Shown one piece after another: positions 51,030-62,891 of a stretch of DNA of 64,000 nt (position 1 is the stretch's first letter; the number at the start of each line of letters is the position of its first letter). This DNA comes from Octopus sinensis. Its lineage: Eukaryota. The stretch lies in contig NC_043007.1 in assembly GCF_006345805.1 (NCBI RefSeq), positions 43,834,001 through 43,898,000 of the forward strand. The letters run 5' to 3'. The notes beneath the pieces are model-generated. The model worked only from the letters and a program-made list of their open reading frames with translations. It had not been told where the DNA came from and did not search any database. Both the position numbers and the translations under genes were made by a program.

Positions 51030-54000
51030 TTTTTGTTATTTGTTTGGTTTTTGTTTTATATTTGTACATGTTGACTCCAATTCTCACCCAGAGACCTCAA
51101 GAGACAAGTTAGAACTTCAAATTGGTGTTATGACTAGGGTGCCATATTTTTGATTTTGCACAAGTACTGTTCTAGACAATGTCTGTGAAAACATAAGAGA
51201 ATTAAAAGTTTCTTCTCAAAGTAATTGGATTATAAGATGATAGTGTGACGTTAAGATGAGAGCAGGTGTTTGCTATTATGTACATTTAAAAGTATTTTGA
51301 CACTGTTTACAGATTAAAATGTGTTTGGGATTACACAGACAATATTTTTCTTAGGATATGAGCATTTCCTATGAGCACTATTTTTTTCAATTTTTTCCAT
51401 TTTTGGATTTCCTGGTATGTGAGATAGGTAGCAATCGGCCCCTTTTGCTATCATTCCCAGGGCACCTATGACAATAGGTATTGTTTTAGTCTTGAGCTTC
51501 CACATTTTGCCAATTTCTATTTCAAGGTCTTTATACTTGCTCAGTTTTTGTTAGGTCTTAACAGATGCATTTATGTTGATTGGGACAGTCATCTCGATGA
51601 GTTGGCATGATTTTTGTCTGAAATCCTTCAATATAATGTCTGGCCTATTTGCATCTATCTTTCTGTCAGTTTGAACAGTAATGTTTCAAAGTAGTGAGAA
51701 GTAATCATTTTCAAGCACTGGAGGTGGTTTGTGCTCCCAACAGTTTTTATCATGGGGCAGGTCAAAGTCTTTACAAATTACCCACTGAATATATTGTGCT
51801 GCTCTATCGTGCCTGTTGAGATACTCTGTAGGCGCAAGAAGGTTGCACATGGAGACAACATGATCGATGGTTTCATTTTGCTGTTTACATACGTGACTTT
51901 TGGGCGGCTTCCGTTCTTGAAGATGTTGGTCTGGTAGCTTCTTGTATGTAGGTAGTGATTTTGAGCTGCTATGATAAACCCTTCTGTCTCTGATTTTAAG
52001 CCAGAAGACACTAACCATTAATAGATAAGGGCTTTGTCAACATCAGCATTATTAGCTCTCTTTGGGTATTTGCTATTGAAAGGTTTTTCATGTCATTTAT
52101 CAGTAAAAATATCTAAAGCAGCAGTTTTAGCAAAGGTTTTAATACGCTTCACCTTTTCTGTGCTTGTTTCCAGTATGTCTAATTCTGGTATTTGTTGTAT
52201 TTGGAATTCACTTAGATATTTCTTTGCCTGTTTTGTTACTGAGTATCACGTTTCCTTGTTTTCATCCTTTAAGAGAATTTTTAGCATCCAGTCATCAGAG
52301 TTTTTCGGGTAAGTGTTTCGACCAATCGTGGCAATCTTCATTGTTAATTCCAATTCTAAAAGTCCACGGTCACCCTCTTTTCTTGTCATGTACAGTCGTT
52401 CTATATCTACCTTAGGGTGGTACATTCTATTCATTGTCATTTTTGTATTTTTTCTGTAAAGATTACAGATTTCAGTAATTGACCTGTTAATAATATTGAA
52501 ACTGTAAGTCATGACCGGTGTAGCTAAAGTATTGATCGCTTCTATCCTGTTTCTTGCGTTCAGCTTTGTCTTGAGTATTACCCTTGCCCTGCAATAACAT
52601 TCTTTTCTGATCTTTTCCCTCATTATTAAATATTTGATTCCATCATCTTCAAATAAACTTTTTTTATAGCTCACCGCTGGTTCTAATTCCTTTAGTAACA
52701 TTCTGTTCTTCAAAATTAACGTTGGATGTTTCTATCATTTCACTCTGATAAAGGTAGCTTTTGCACATTAATCGAGGCAAAATTCCTGTCATCACTGAAC
52801 TGTTTTACAATTGCCAGTAAACCCTGTAGTTGTTGGTCATTTTTTGCAAAGAGCTTTAAATCATCCATGTAAAAGAGATAATTTATATTTTTATCAAATA
52901 TATTATATCCCTATCGTACATCATCGAGCAATTTTGAGAGAGATATTAAGGCTAGAAAAAAAGAGGAATGGTGATAGAGAGTCACCCTGGAAAATTCCAC
53001 ATGAAATTCTTACGTCTCAGCATTTAAAAATTCATTGTCACTATTCAAAGTCAGTGTTGTTTTCCATGATCTCATACTTATAAATAAGAAGTTTCGCAGA
53101 GTAGGTGCTATTTTATAAATTTCCAAACATTTCTCAATCCAGTTATGTGGTAGACAATCAAAGGCTTTTTTTATAGTCTATCCAGGTTATTGATAAGTTC
53201 TTGTGTTGTTTGTGACAATCTTTCTAAATCATTTCATTGATGAGAAGCTGATCTTTGCAACCATAGGATCCACGTTTACATCCTTTTTGCTCATGGGGGA
53301 AGATACCACTTTCTATTAAGTTGTAAGTGTACGAGGGGCGTTCAATAAGTAATGCCCCTGACCCACTTCCCATAGCAGTAGAGCAACGAAATTTGGCACA
53401 GTTATTAGTCTTTTTCTACATAGGAACCACCCAGAGTTATGCATTTCTCCCATTGTTTGATGCGGCTCTGGAGACCGTTTTTGTAGAAGACCCCAGCTTG
53501 GTCCTCCAACCTCAACGCGACTTCAGAAATCAAGGCTGCATCATCTGGGAAACGCTTTCCTTTCAAAAACAACTTCATGATTGGGAAGAGGTGAAAATCA
53601 GAGGGTGCAAGGTCAGGAAAGTAGGGGGGATGGGGAGGAGTTCATAGCCATACGCCTGAGCTTCTGATCTGGCGACAAGCGAGTTGTGGACCGGAGCGTT
53701 GTCCTGCAGGAGGAGGATGCCTTTGCTGATCTTGCCCCGCCTCTTGATTTTGATAACTTCTCTTAATTTCCTCAAAAGTGAAGCATAATAGGCTCCTGCA
53801 ATTGTGGTACCCTTTGCCAGGAAATCTGTCATCACTACTCCGTCCTGGTCCCAGAAGACTGTGAGCATGACCTTGCCAGCGGAGGGCTGCACCCTTGCCT
53901 TCTTTGGAGGGGGTGAGTCACGGTGCTTCCACTGCATTGACTGGGCTTTGGTCTCTGGATCATCGTGATGGACTCAGGTTTCATCCTGTATAATCAGTCT

Positions 54001-56475
54001 TTTGAAACATTTTGACTCATCTTCTTGGCACATCTCCAAATTCACCCTCGAGCATTCGACGCGTTCTTGCTTCTGGAAAGGCGTGAGCAACCTGGGAATC
54101 CATCTGGCAAACACCTTTTGCACATGCAAATGGTCATGAATGATAGTTTCCACAGACCCGGTACTAATCTTGACCTCATGGGCTATTTGGCGAATAATTA
54201 TGCGTCGATCTTCCAAAATGGCAGCCTCAACTTGACGGACAGATGCCTCATCAATGGCAGAAGGGGACGACCAGATCTGGGAGCTGTTTCCACAGAGTTC
54301 CGACCATGTTTGAATTCACGATGCTAGCGTTTTACAAGGTCATATGATGGGGCATCATCACCATAAGTTACTTTCATTTCATCAAAAGTCTCCCGTGGTG
54401 TGCGTCCTTTCAAATACAAAAACCGGATCACTGCTCGACACTCAACAGGCTCCTTTTCACACTTGACTCGGTTCAAACACCTGTAAATCAGAAACCACAA
54501 TTAATTCAGAACTGTAATTTTCCACTTACTCTATAGAGATATAAATGATTGCACATGCCCAGCTAGATTAAACAACTGCAAGTGGGTCAGAGGCATTACT
54601 TATTGAACGTTAAGACAGATGTTAGTGCTTTATACATTGTTGTTAAGTAGGTTATGGGTCTATAGTTTTTTAGTTCATTTGTTTCTTCATTCTTAGGAAG
54701 AAGAAATGTAACACCATTAACTAACCAAGAGGGGATCGTATTAAGTTGCTGCAAAGCATTGTTGTAACGTCTTGTCGACAGTTCATGACTGTCTGGGAAA
54801 GCGTTCGACCATGAGTTAGGAATTGTGTCCTTTCCTGGAGACGTCTATTTGCTTGATTTTCTGAGAGTAGATCTTACATCCTCTACTTTGATACCCTCCC
54901 ACTTTTGCTTTTCTAAGGAGGCTGAGTCAGTAGATATTCTATCAATCCAAGGACCTTTTTATTATGCGGTCAAAATTCCTGCATTTCTTCTTTTGATGGG
55001 ACAGACTTTACCGTGACTGATATTTTACCTATCTTCCTGTTAAAAACTTTACGGATTACTTTTAAACATGTTATCCTTGAAGAACCTAATACACTTTTCA
55101 TACCGTGGTATGCAAGTGGCTTTAGCAGATACCTTTTGCTTGATAGCTTCTATAATGGTAACGATGGATGGTATGGATTTTATATTATTCTTTTTCTTTA
55201 ATTTTCGAATTTTTGCTGGTTTGATATTCTTGTCAGACTTAAAAGTTTTTTTAAACATTCTATGTCAGACCTAAGTAACTGAATTTTTTATTGTTGGATA
55301 TGCTCTTGCCAAATAGGCTTTTGTGGGAATGTTGTCATTTTCATATCTTTCACCACATAGAATTGTTGAGATTTTAGCGGCTGCATAGTACAGGTGATTG
55401 AGATCTGTAATATCAACATCGTTAGCTGAACTTATATCTTTTAGTGCAAGGCGGATTTTACCAGTTACTTTCAGGTTTTGGGTAGGGTCGGAAATTCTTT
55501 GGGAGAGTGTCACGTTCATCAAAACTGGTTTCTTTAATTTACAGCCATTCAATCATGATTTCATCTTTTAAATTACCAAGTTTCGTTGGGCCAATTTTTG
55601 TGTGACTTTCATCATCTATTTGATTTTCCTCTTCCTTGATATTTATGGCTGGTTCAAAAAGTATTTCACTTTGCTTATCAGTAACATTGACTCTTTCTAT
55701 TATTACTGCATTTTCATCAGCCTGGGTTCGTCTGTAATTACTTCTTCAGTAGTATCTTCTTTAGCTACATCTTTGCTCCTTTTATTCCTTACTGATTGTT
55801 TAAGCAGGCCAATCTCTAATTCAGTTAGTAATTTCTTTTTTATGATGTTTCTTCTGACGTTAGCAAGCTTGTTACTATCTATGCAGGATCTTACTTCAAG
55901 TTTAGGTAGGTTTGTTCAGTATTGGATTTATTTGTGGGGAAATACATGGCACGATAGACGGCCTTAAGAACGCTTTTATTATCTTCCCTGGATTATCTTT
56001 CATTCATTTTCTTTTGACAATTTGATGATGAGCGTGTTGGAATATTCCGGTTGTGAGGTAGTTCCAGCTCCTGTGGCTTGGGAAGATTTGAACCAGTAGC
56101 TGATTTTTCGCCACCCCTCTGGTTCCTTACTGGGGTGCGCAGCCCTATGTTGACCCAGGTGACGGCCGATTCAGTGTGAATTTTGCTTTGTCATCATTGA
56201 GGCATGATGAGCTTGGACGTTGACATTAGGGGACTGATCTGTCTGTTTCGTGTTAACATTGAGACAACACTGCCTCCGAGTTCATTGAATGAAGACGTTT
56301 CTAGTAACGTAATTTCATAAGGCTAACAGAGCGGTATTCGCCTTTATATTTTTTGTTGGGAGATTTATCTCCGGATATAGTTTCTTTGTAGTATTTTAAA
56401 CTTAGGGATTGTTAACACTGCCTGTGTTAGTTCGAAGAAAATTGTTTTGTAATTTTTTTGTTTGTGTCATGTGCT
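51030..56475 (-). mobile_element. Near full-length R4/Dong-clade LINE (family 2), defective, interrupted by a mariner
   Basis: YRPITYL, QKGCKRGSYGCKDQLLIN, WIDYKKAFD, GIFQGDSLSP, FYMDDLKLF, zinc knuckle, RHD, NRPDIIL; 3' UTR matches 10980-11142; the 5' boundary next to (TTA)3 is inferred. Confidence 0.9.
53332..54609 (-). mobile_element. Mariner (irritans-like) element nested in the Dong RT region
   Basis: TIR CGAGGGGCGTTCAATAAGTAATGCCCCTGACCCACTT after TA; right TIR AAGTGGGTCAGAGGCATTACTTATTGAACG lacks its outer bases; RWIPRLL, QDET, SAGKVMLTVFWD, LQDNAPVH. Confidence 0.95.
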
Positions 56476-56482
56476 TATTATT

Positions 56483-56590
56483 AAGGCGGTCAGCTGGCAG
56501 AACCGTCGGCACGCCGGGCGAAATGCATAGCAGTATTTCGTCTGTCTTTACGTTCAGAGATAAAATTCCGCCAAGGTCGACTTCGCCTTT
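56483..56590 (+). mobile_element. SINE family B 5' part
   Basis: AAGGCGGTCAGCTGGCAGAACCG..CACGCCGGGCGAAATGC head. Confidence 0.85.
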
Positions 56591-56599
56591 ACTACGGGA

Positions 56600-57220
56600 T
56601 ACATATTTGTCATGCAGAGGTATTTGTTCCTACCTATCACAATTGTGCAAATACTTTTTGTTTTGCCATTGATTTCTTTGTACCAACAGTTGCCGCACTT
56701 CCATCATGCTGTTCAACCTGGGTATTATGCATGAATTCACTCGCAAATCCTTTACTCTCCTTCATGGCAGAATGAAACTATTTACGTTTCACGTGGTTTT
56801 CAATGATCTTTAGCATTCAGTCGTTAGATATTTCAAGATATTTGGCCAGCCCAGTAATGGTAGTTTTGTAAGAGATTTCAAATTGGATCAAGCCTCGATT
56901 TTCTTGGGCTCTGGGAAAATAACGACAATCTGCGTCTGCCTTAGGGTGGTGCCTCTTATTGCAAGTCAGCAGCTTAGGGATTTTCTTGTCAATTTGCCTT
57001 ATTTTGTTGGTATTCCAGTTAAACACATTGAAACTATAAATAACAACTGGAACTGCCAAGGAATTTATGGCTAACACCTTGTTACGTGCATTTCACTCAG
57101 ATTTTAGGAATGCTCAAACGCTCCTGTAACATTCCTTCTTGATTTTCTCTTTCATGCTTGCATGCTGAATGCCAGAGCCCTCATATATTCCGAGGTATTT
57201 GTAAGTTTGTTCCAGCTGAG

Positions 57221-57222
<2 letters not shown>
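56600..57222 (-). mobile_element. R4/Dong-clade RT C-terminal fragment (third family)
   Basis: QTYKYLGIYEG, AINSLAVPVVIYSF..W..RQIDKKI.KLLT..HHPKAD...YFPR; abuts (TTA)n at 57222-57260. Confidence 0.85.
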
Positions 57223-57263
<41 letters not shown>

Positions 57264-57274
57264 ATATTGTATTT

Positions 57275-57420
57275 ACGTTTTGAGTTCAAATTCCGCTGAG
57301 GTCGACTTCACCTTTCATTCTTTCGGAGTCGATAAATTAAGTACCAGTTGCGTACTGCGGTCAATCTAATCGATTGGCGGCCTCCCCCAAAATTTCGGGC
57401 CTTGTGACTAGAGTAGAAAA
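57275..57420 (+). mobile_element. SINE family B body
   Basis: CCTTTCATTCTTTCGGAGTCGATAAATTAAGTACCAG core. Confidence 0.85.
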
Positions 57421-57422
<2 letters not shown>

Positions 57423-57499
<77 letters not shown>

Positions 57500-57517
57500 A
57501 TATATATATATATATAC

Positions 57518-57601
<84 letters not shown>

Positions 57602-57653
57602 ATATATATACATATATTATATATACATATATTATATATATACATATATTATA
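57423..57653. repeat. (TA)n-rich microsatellite flanking the LINE 3' end
   Basis: Direct reading. Confidence 0.97.
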
Positions 57654-57730
57654 TAAATCCTTAAATCCTTAAAAATGTTTTAGCCCGAAGGCCGCGGCCA
57701 TGCTGGGGCACCACCGCTGAATGAGCTACA

Positions 57731-60055
57731 CTAGTTTGTGAATCCACCTCTGATACGTGGCACTTGATCAACAAGGGAGTTCGATGCTGCTGCCCGCATC
57801 CGTGTCTCCTGTCGTGAGGTAGGTTCATCTGGGACTCCCAACAAGAAGAGATCCAGTTTAGTTTTAAAGAAACCCACATCCACACCATATAAGTCTCTCA
57901 GGCATTTAGGGAGTATGTTAAAGAGCTGTGGTCCTCTGAAACCCAAGCTGTTGCAGTATCTGGACCTGTATTTTGATGGTGAAGTTGGAATCCTTGGCAC
58001 CACGCAGCGGCGCCCCGTTCTGCGGTTGGAGTAACTTTGAATGCCAAAGTTTGGGACAAGACCCTCCAGGATTTTCCAGATGTATATCACTGCATATCTC
58101 TCCCGCCTCCGCTCCAGGGAGAAGAGGTTTAATACCTTCAGTCTTTCCCAGTAGCTGACATTTTGCATTGAGACGATTTTCTTTGTGTAGCTTCTCTGAG
58201 TTGCTTCGAGTTCTGCTGTTTGTTTTATATTGTGTGGTGACCAAAGTTGGGAGCAGTAGTCCAAGCGGCTGAGGACAAATGTTTTCCATAGGACCATCAG
58301 TGTCTCCTTCTCTCTTGTTCTGAAAGTTCGGAGAATCCATCCAGCTAGCCGTCTGCATTTTATCACCAGATTAGCAATATGCATTTGGAAAGATGCATCA
58401 TTGCTCATGTCAATGCCCAGGTCACGCACTGATTTTGACTCAGGGATTGCAATTCTTCCTGGGCCAGTGTATCCAGTCTTCACGTCATTTACCTTTGTGT
58501 GCCAGTAGCGCAGGGCCTGGAACTTACCTGCATTAAACTGCATGTTGTTGTCCTCAGCCCACCTGTATATTGTGTCCAGCTCATGTTGTAGATGCGCAAT
58601 ATTTTCAGGGTTTTGTATTGCGTGGGAGACTTTTGTGTCATCTGCATAGCTAGCAAGGGTGGTCATCGTAGCAACTGAAGGCATGTCTGAAAGGGCCACT
58701 ATGAACATCAGTGGCCCCAAGACAGTGCCCTGTGGGACACCGCTTGTTATTTGCGTTTCCCTGGAGGTGGCTCCATTGCTCACAACTGCCTGTTTTCTGT
58801 CTTTTAGGAAGTTGTGCAGCCACTCTCCAAGTTTCCCGCCTATGCCGAGACCACGCAGTTTGTGACAGATCATACCATGGTCGACTTTATCAAAGGCTTT
58901 TGCAAAGTCAAGATATATTACATCCACATTTGAGCCATTTAGTAGCTGTTTCAACACCCAGTCATAGTGTTGCAGGAGCTGTGTTAGGCAGCCTCTACCT
59001 GGTCGAAATCCATGCTGGGTGTCAGACAGTAAGTCATTTTCTTCAAGGAACATGATTAGTTTCTTACGGACTATTCGTTCCATGACTTTGCTGATGTGTG
59101 AGGTCAGAGAGATAGGCCTATAATTTTTAGCATCTGCTCTGCTACCTCCCTTATGGATAGGGCATATTACCCCCTCTTTCAGTTTGACTGGGAGCTTACC
59201 ACTTGCAAGAAAGCTCTGAAAAAGAAGCTGTAGCGGTTTTGCAAGGGCTCGTTTGCACGATTTGAGAAGGATCGCTGGGAATCCATCAGGTCCAGCAGCT
59301 GAGTTTGTGTCAATCTCATCAATGGCTAGTGTGATATCATCTTCTTCGATGTTGATGTACTCAATTTTTGTCTCTTTGGTCGCTGGTAAAGTGGCAAAGA
59401 ATTCTTCTGGGTTGTTTACTTGCCTGTGTCCTAGAGGTGTAGTGAACACACTTTGGAACTGTTCATTCAGTATTTCACTTATCCTCGTGGGATTTCCTGT
59501 GAGAGAGCCATCTTTTTGGAAGAGAGGTCCTATTCTCTGGTGCACTGTGGCTGTCTCTTTGGCAAACTTAAAGAAAGCTTTAGGGTTTGATTTTATATTT
59601 TCTATTACCCAAGCTTCTTTATCTGCTCTCTCCTTTTCATGGGACTGATGTAGACTTTTCTCAGTTTCCATTAGCATTCTTTCGAGCCGAGACTTCTCAC
59701 CACTTTTGGTGTGCTTGCTCAGGCGGTTTGCAATCCTTGTCCGTCGTCTCATAAGAATCCTCCTTTCTCTAGGGATCCTGTTTTTGTTCTTGTGTGTGCT
59801 GGCCCTGCACATTGGGACATATTTGTCACATATGGCTTGTATTATGGACATGAAGTGTTTGTGTTTCATGTTTATGTCCGGTGTGGAGAGACATTCAGGC
59901 CAATCCTGTTTGAGGATCTCTTTCTCAATCGACTTCCAGTTGGCTTTATGAAAGTTTAAGTTGGAGAGATGGTGGGTGCTTCGTATAGGCTGTGTGTCTG
60001 CGGGGGCTTTTGTTCCATACATAGACAGCTCTATTATGTTGTGATCCGAGATCAT
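57731..60055 (-). CDS. LINE ORF2 reverse transcriptase portion (774 aa open)
   Basis: SDH end of APE; AAGPDG, NYRPISLTS, QHGFRPGR, YLDFAKAFDKVDH, SGVPQGTVLGP, YADDTK, RDLGI, LERRR. Confidence 0.95.
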   Translation of the reverse strand: MISDHNIIELSMYGTKAPADTQPIRSTHHLSNLNFHKANWKSIEKEILKQDWPECLSTPDINMKHKHFMSIIQAICDKYVPMCRASTHKNKNRIPRERRILMRRRTRIANRLSKHTKSGEKSRLERMLMETEKSLHQSHEKERADKEAWVIENIKSNPKAFFKFAKETATVHQRIGPLFQKDGSLTGNPTRISEILNEQFQSVFTTPLGHRQVNNPEEFFATLPATKETKIEYINIEEDDITLAIDEIDTNSAAGPDGFPAILLKSCKRALAKPLQLLFQSFLASGKLPVKLKEGVICPIHKGGSRADAKNYRPISLTSHISKVMERIVRKKLIMFLEENDLLSDTQHGFRPGRGCLTQLLQHYDWVLKQLLNGSNVDVIYLDFAKAFDKVDHGMICHKLRGLGIGGKLGEWLHNFLKDRKQAVVSNGATSRETQITSGVPQGTVLGPLMFIVALSDMPSVATMTTLASYADDTKVSHAIQNPENIAHLQHELDTIYRWAEDNNMQFNAGKFQALRYWHTKVNDVKTGYTGPGRIAIPESKSVRDLGIDMSNDASFQMHIANLVIKCRRLAGWILRTFRTREKETLMVLWKTFVLSRLDYCSQLWSPHNIKQTAELEATQRSYTKKIVSMQNVSYWERLKVLNLFSLERRRERYAVIYIWKILEGLVPNFGIQSYSNRRTGRRCVVPRIPTSPSKYRSRYCNSLGFRGPQLFNILPKCLRDLYGVDVGFFKTKLDLFLLGVPDEPTSRQETRMRAAASNSLVDQVPRIRGGFTN

Positions 60056-60742
60056 TGTCAGGCATCACATTAACATTATGGATAATATCCATATTGTTTG
60101 TAAAGCAGAGATCCAGTATATTATCTGCCCTTGTTGGTTGCAGAACTATTTGCTCCATGAAAGAGGTATTTGTGAGATGGAGCAGGGACTCCACCTGTGC
60201 CTGCTGATGGTGTGTCATCCCTCGGAGCATCTGCCCCCCAGGCCATTCCACATTGGGGAGGTTAAAGTCACCCATGAAGAATACACTGTTGTGCTGTTCA
60301 AGTTGGTGAGGACTCCTCCTATTTTTGTTAGGCAGTCTTCAAACATGCCTGAGTGTTTTGGGGCGTCTGGTGGGCGATATGTAGTGCATATGACGATATT
60401 CAGTTGTCTTATGTGTACAATTTGAGTTTCACATACTGAGTTTGAATATGACAGCAGGACCTGGGGCGTGAGGTCATCTCGGATGTACATTGCAACTCCA
60501 CCATGGCTCCTCCCTTTTCTATCTGTGCGTATGACTGCATATTGCGGCATGTGTATTTCTGCATCACCTATATCGGGTTCAAGATGCGTTTCTGTGAGTG
60601 CCATGCATATAGCTTGATTGCATGTCACAAGGTCTCTCAGGAATGAAATTTTCTTTTTACAGTTTCCGCGCAGCAGCCCTCCTACATTCAGTAGAAATAT
60701 TTTTGTGGTGTGTGTGTTGGTGTTGGTGTCTGTGGTGGCCAT
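59946..60742 (-). pseudogene. LINE ORF2 APE endonuclease domain, split by two frameshifts (~60285, ~60060)
   Basis: LNVGGL, ALTETHL, RTDR..GGVAMYI, YRPP in one frame; MGDFNLP, PTR..NILDLCF in the next; SDH in the third. Confidence 0.92.
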
Positions 60743-61398
60743 CCTGCATCTGTTGGAGGTGGCCTTATGTGGTGGTAGTTCCAGCTTTGTGCTTGTAGCC
60801 AGGTCAGCTGCTGAACAATTTTTTGTGCCATGCACAAAAAAGACTGCTGTTCAGCTGCCGCCCTTCTCACATCTGGGTGAAGCTGGCCACCTGTTGGGTT
60901 TCCGCGCACCACATCTGCATACCGTCTTTCAGTAGTGGTCAGTGCGCTTTTTTCCCTTCTTTTAACTTTTTGTTTTTGTTCTCCCTGAGGGAGGGACCTC
61001 TGTCTCGCGTCCGTGCGGTTTTGGTAGGGCCTCCGATGTGCAAAGCGACAGTTTGCACCTTCAACGCCGTACCAGCAGTCCCCCCTCAGGTAGAATTTGC
61101 AGGTGTTTCTTTCCCTGCCCTTACAGTTTTTGCTGGGGTCCCTCTGCTTTCTCTGGACAGGGCTTCCGTTAGCCTTGATTCTGTCACCCTTTACCTCCTG
61201 CTTCCCATCAATTCCAGGGTGCCTTTCCTTTCTTGCGGCCATCGCACCTCTTTGGTCTTCAGTTGTGGTGTTGGAAGCTGGACATGTGTCATCGTTTCCC
61301 TTTGTTCCAGGCTTCTCCATTTGGCTCTGGATGCTTTCCTCATCCTTTTGGCCCTCCCTGCTGCCGTCACCTCCCAGGATGATGTCCAGGGTGTCCAT
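60688..61398 (-). CDS. LINE ORF1 (possibly 5'-truncated) with CCCH zinc finger
   Basis: [22 protein letters not shown] (C-x7-C-x8-C-x3-H) and YADVV motif; overlaps the ORF2 start. Confidence 0.8.
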   Translation of the reverse strand: MDTLDIILGGDGSREGQKDEESIQSQMEKPGTKGNDDTCPASNTTTEDQRGAMAARKERHPGIDGKQEVKGDRIKANGSPVQRKQRDPSKNCKGRERNTCKFYLRGDCWYGVEGANCRFAHRRPYQNRTDARQRSLPQGEQKQKVKRREKSALTTTERRYADVVRGNPTGGQLHPDVRRAAAEQQSFLCMAQKIVQQLTWLQAQSWNYHHIRPPPTDAGWPPQTPTPTHTPQKYFY

Positions 61399-61402
61399 AT
61401 GT

Positions 61403-61476
61403 TATATATATACATATATTATATATATACATATATTATATATATATATTATATATATATATATATATACATATAT

Positions 61477-61510
<34 letters not shown>

Positions 61511-61578
61511 CATATATTATATATATACATATATATATATATACATATATTATATATATACATATATTATATATATAC

Positions 61579-61636
<58 letters not shown>

Positions 61637-61667
61637 ATGTATATATATATATGTATATATATATATG

Positions 61668-61760
<93 letters not shown>
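61403..61760. repeat. (TA)n then (GA)n microsatellite
   Basis: Direct reading. Confidence 0.97.
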
Positions 61761-61763
<3 letters not shown>

Positions 61764-61860
61764 TGGAGGGATTCATTTCTTCAAAAAGTTGGCAGGGTTT
61801 CTTGTTACTTTGGTATGGTTGTGCGTGTGAGAAAAATGGTGAAGTGAGAATTATAAATTA

Positions 61861-62880
61861 CTAGCCTTGAAGCCACCCTTCGGGCGGCATTCAAGCTAGC
61901 TCCTGCGGAGGGTACCTTTGAGGCCTTCGCGGCCCTCTACCCATCTGTAATGTAATGGACTCGGACACATTCATTGTATCTCCTGTTATTAATTATCCGA
62001 TATCCCATTCCAAACTTCCTGCCCAACATATATCCACACACCCATACCCATACACTCAATACCTATACTTCACTTGCACCCATACCAAAACCCTATGTTC
62101 ATTAACTTGTTCATTCAAAATGTTCATTCAAAACTATTTCTGTAACAGTGTGCCGGTGTATCAACCCTTGGGCTGCTTTCTGCCAGCTTTACCGATAGAC
62201 ATACAGCTAGTTTCTAGTTTGACTTACAGCTTTCTATAAGACTTAGAGATAAGTTTCTAGCCTTGAAGCTGCCCTTCAGGCTAGCTCCTGAGGAGGGCTT
62301 TTCGGAATTTTGTAGGGTATTCAGGTAAAAAAAAACCTTGAGCTATCGGTCCTCAAAACTACTTCTTGGAACCTTTTGCTCCATTAAATCTTAGTTCGAG
62401 AGTATGATTTTTCAGTCTTTTAAATCATTTCGTGTTTATTAATTGTAATATTTGTGGATAGAAGAATGAGATCACGAACCGTTCGGAGTAATTTGATATG
62501 ATAACCGTTAGGAGTAATTTGATTACTGATACCATACATTTACTATAGCATGAAGTATGGTTGATAATAACAAATGCATTATAACCGCTCATAAATTTTA
62601 CTATGTTGAATATGTACATTGAAAATCCTTTTATTTACAATACAATAAGATTAAATTATATTTATGTGTTTCATGAAAAAAGTCTAATTAGGAATCAGAA
62701 CATCCCTAAACACGACATTGTCAGTGTGTTCTGGCAGTTGTCCTTCTTGCTGCTTCATAGTAATCTTCAGTGCAGAAGGATTGCGTGTTCTTGAGCAGGC
62801 CACATAAAGTTGACCATGGGTAAATTTTTGCTTCATCATGTGCATTTTCGTGTTAATTGCCGCTTCTTCTGGGTGCTGTT
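61861..62880 (-). mobile_element. Helitron 3' remnant with helicase C-terminus
   Basis: FTHGQLYVACSRTRNPSALKI..TDNVVFRDVL (PIF1-type helicase motif VI region); terminal hairpin GCCGCCC-GAA-GGGTGGC then CTAG|T at 61861. Confidence 0.85.
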
Positions 62881-62891
62881 GTATATATATA

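Larger units (their letters stand above)
57654..61400 (-). mobile_element. Young CR1-group LINE (ORF1 + APE-RT ORF2, short 3' UTR, octamer tail)
   Basis: ORF1 61398-60688; ORF2 in three overlapping frames; 3' UTR stem-loop and (AAGGATTT)2 terminal repeat; both flanks (TA)n. Confidence 0.93.

Noticed and set aside
60823-61830. 335-aa plus-strand ORF
   Set aside because: Antisense shadow of LINE ORF1 fused to a TA microsatellite.
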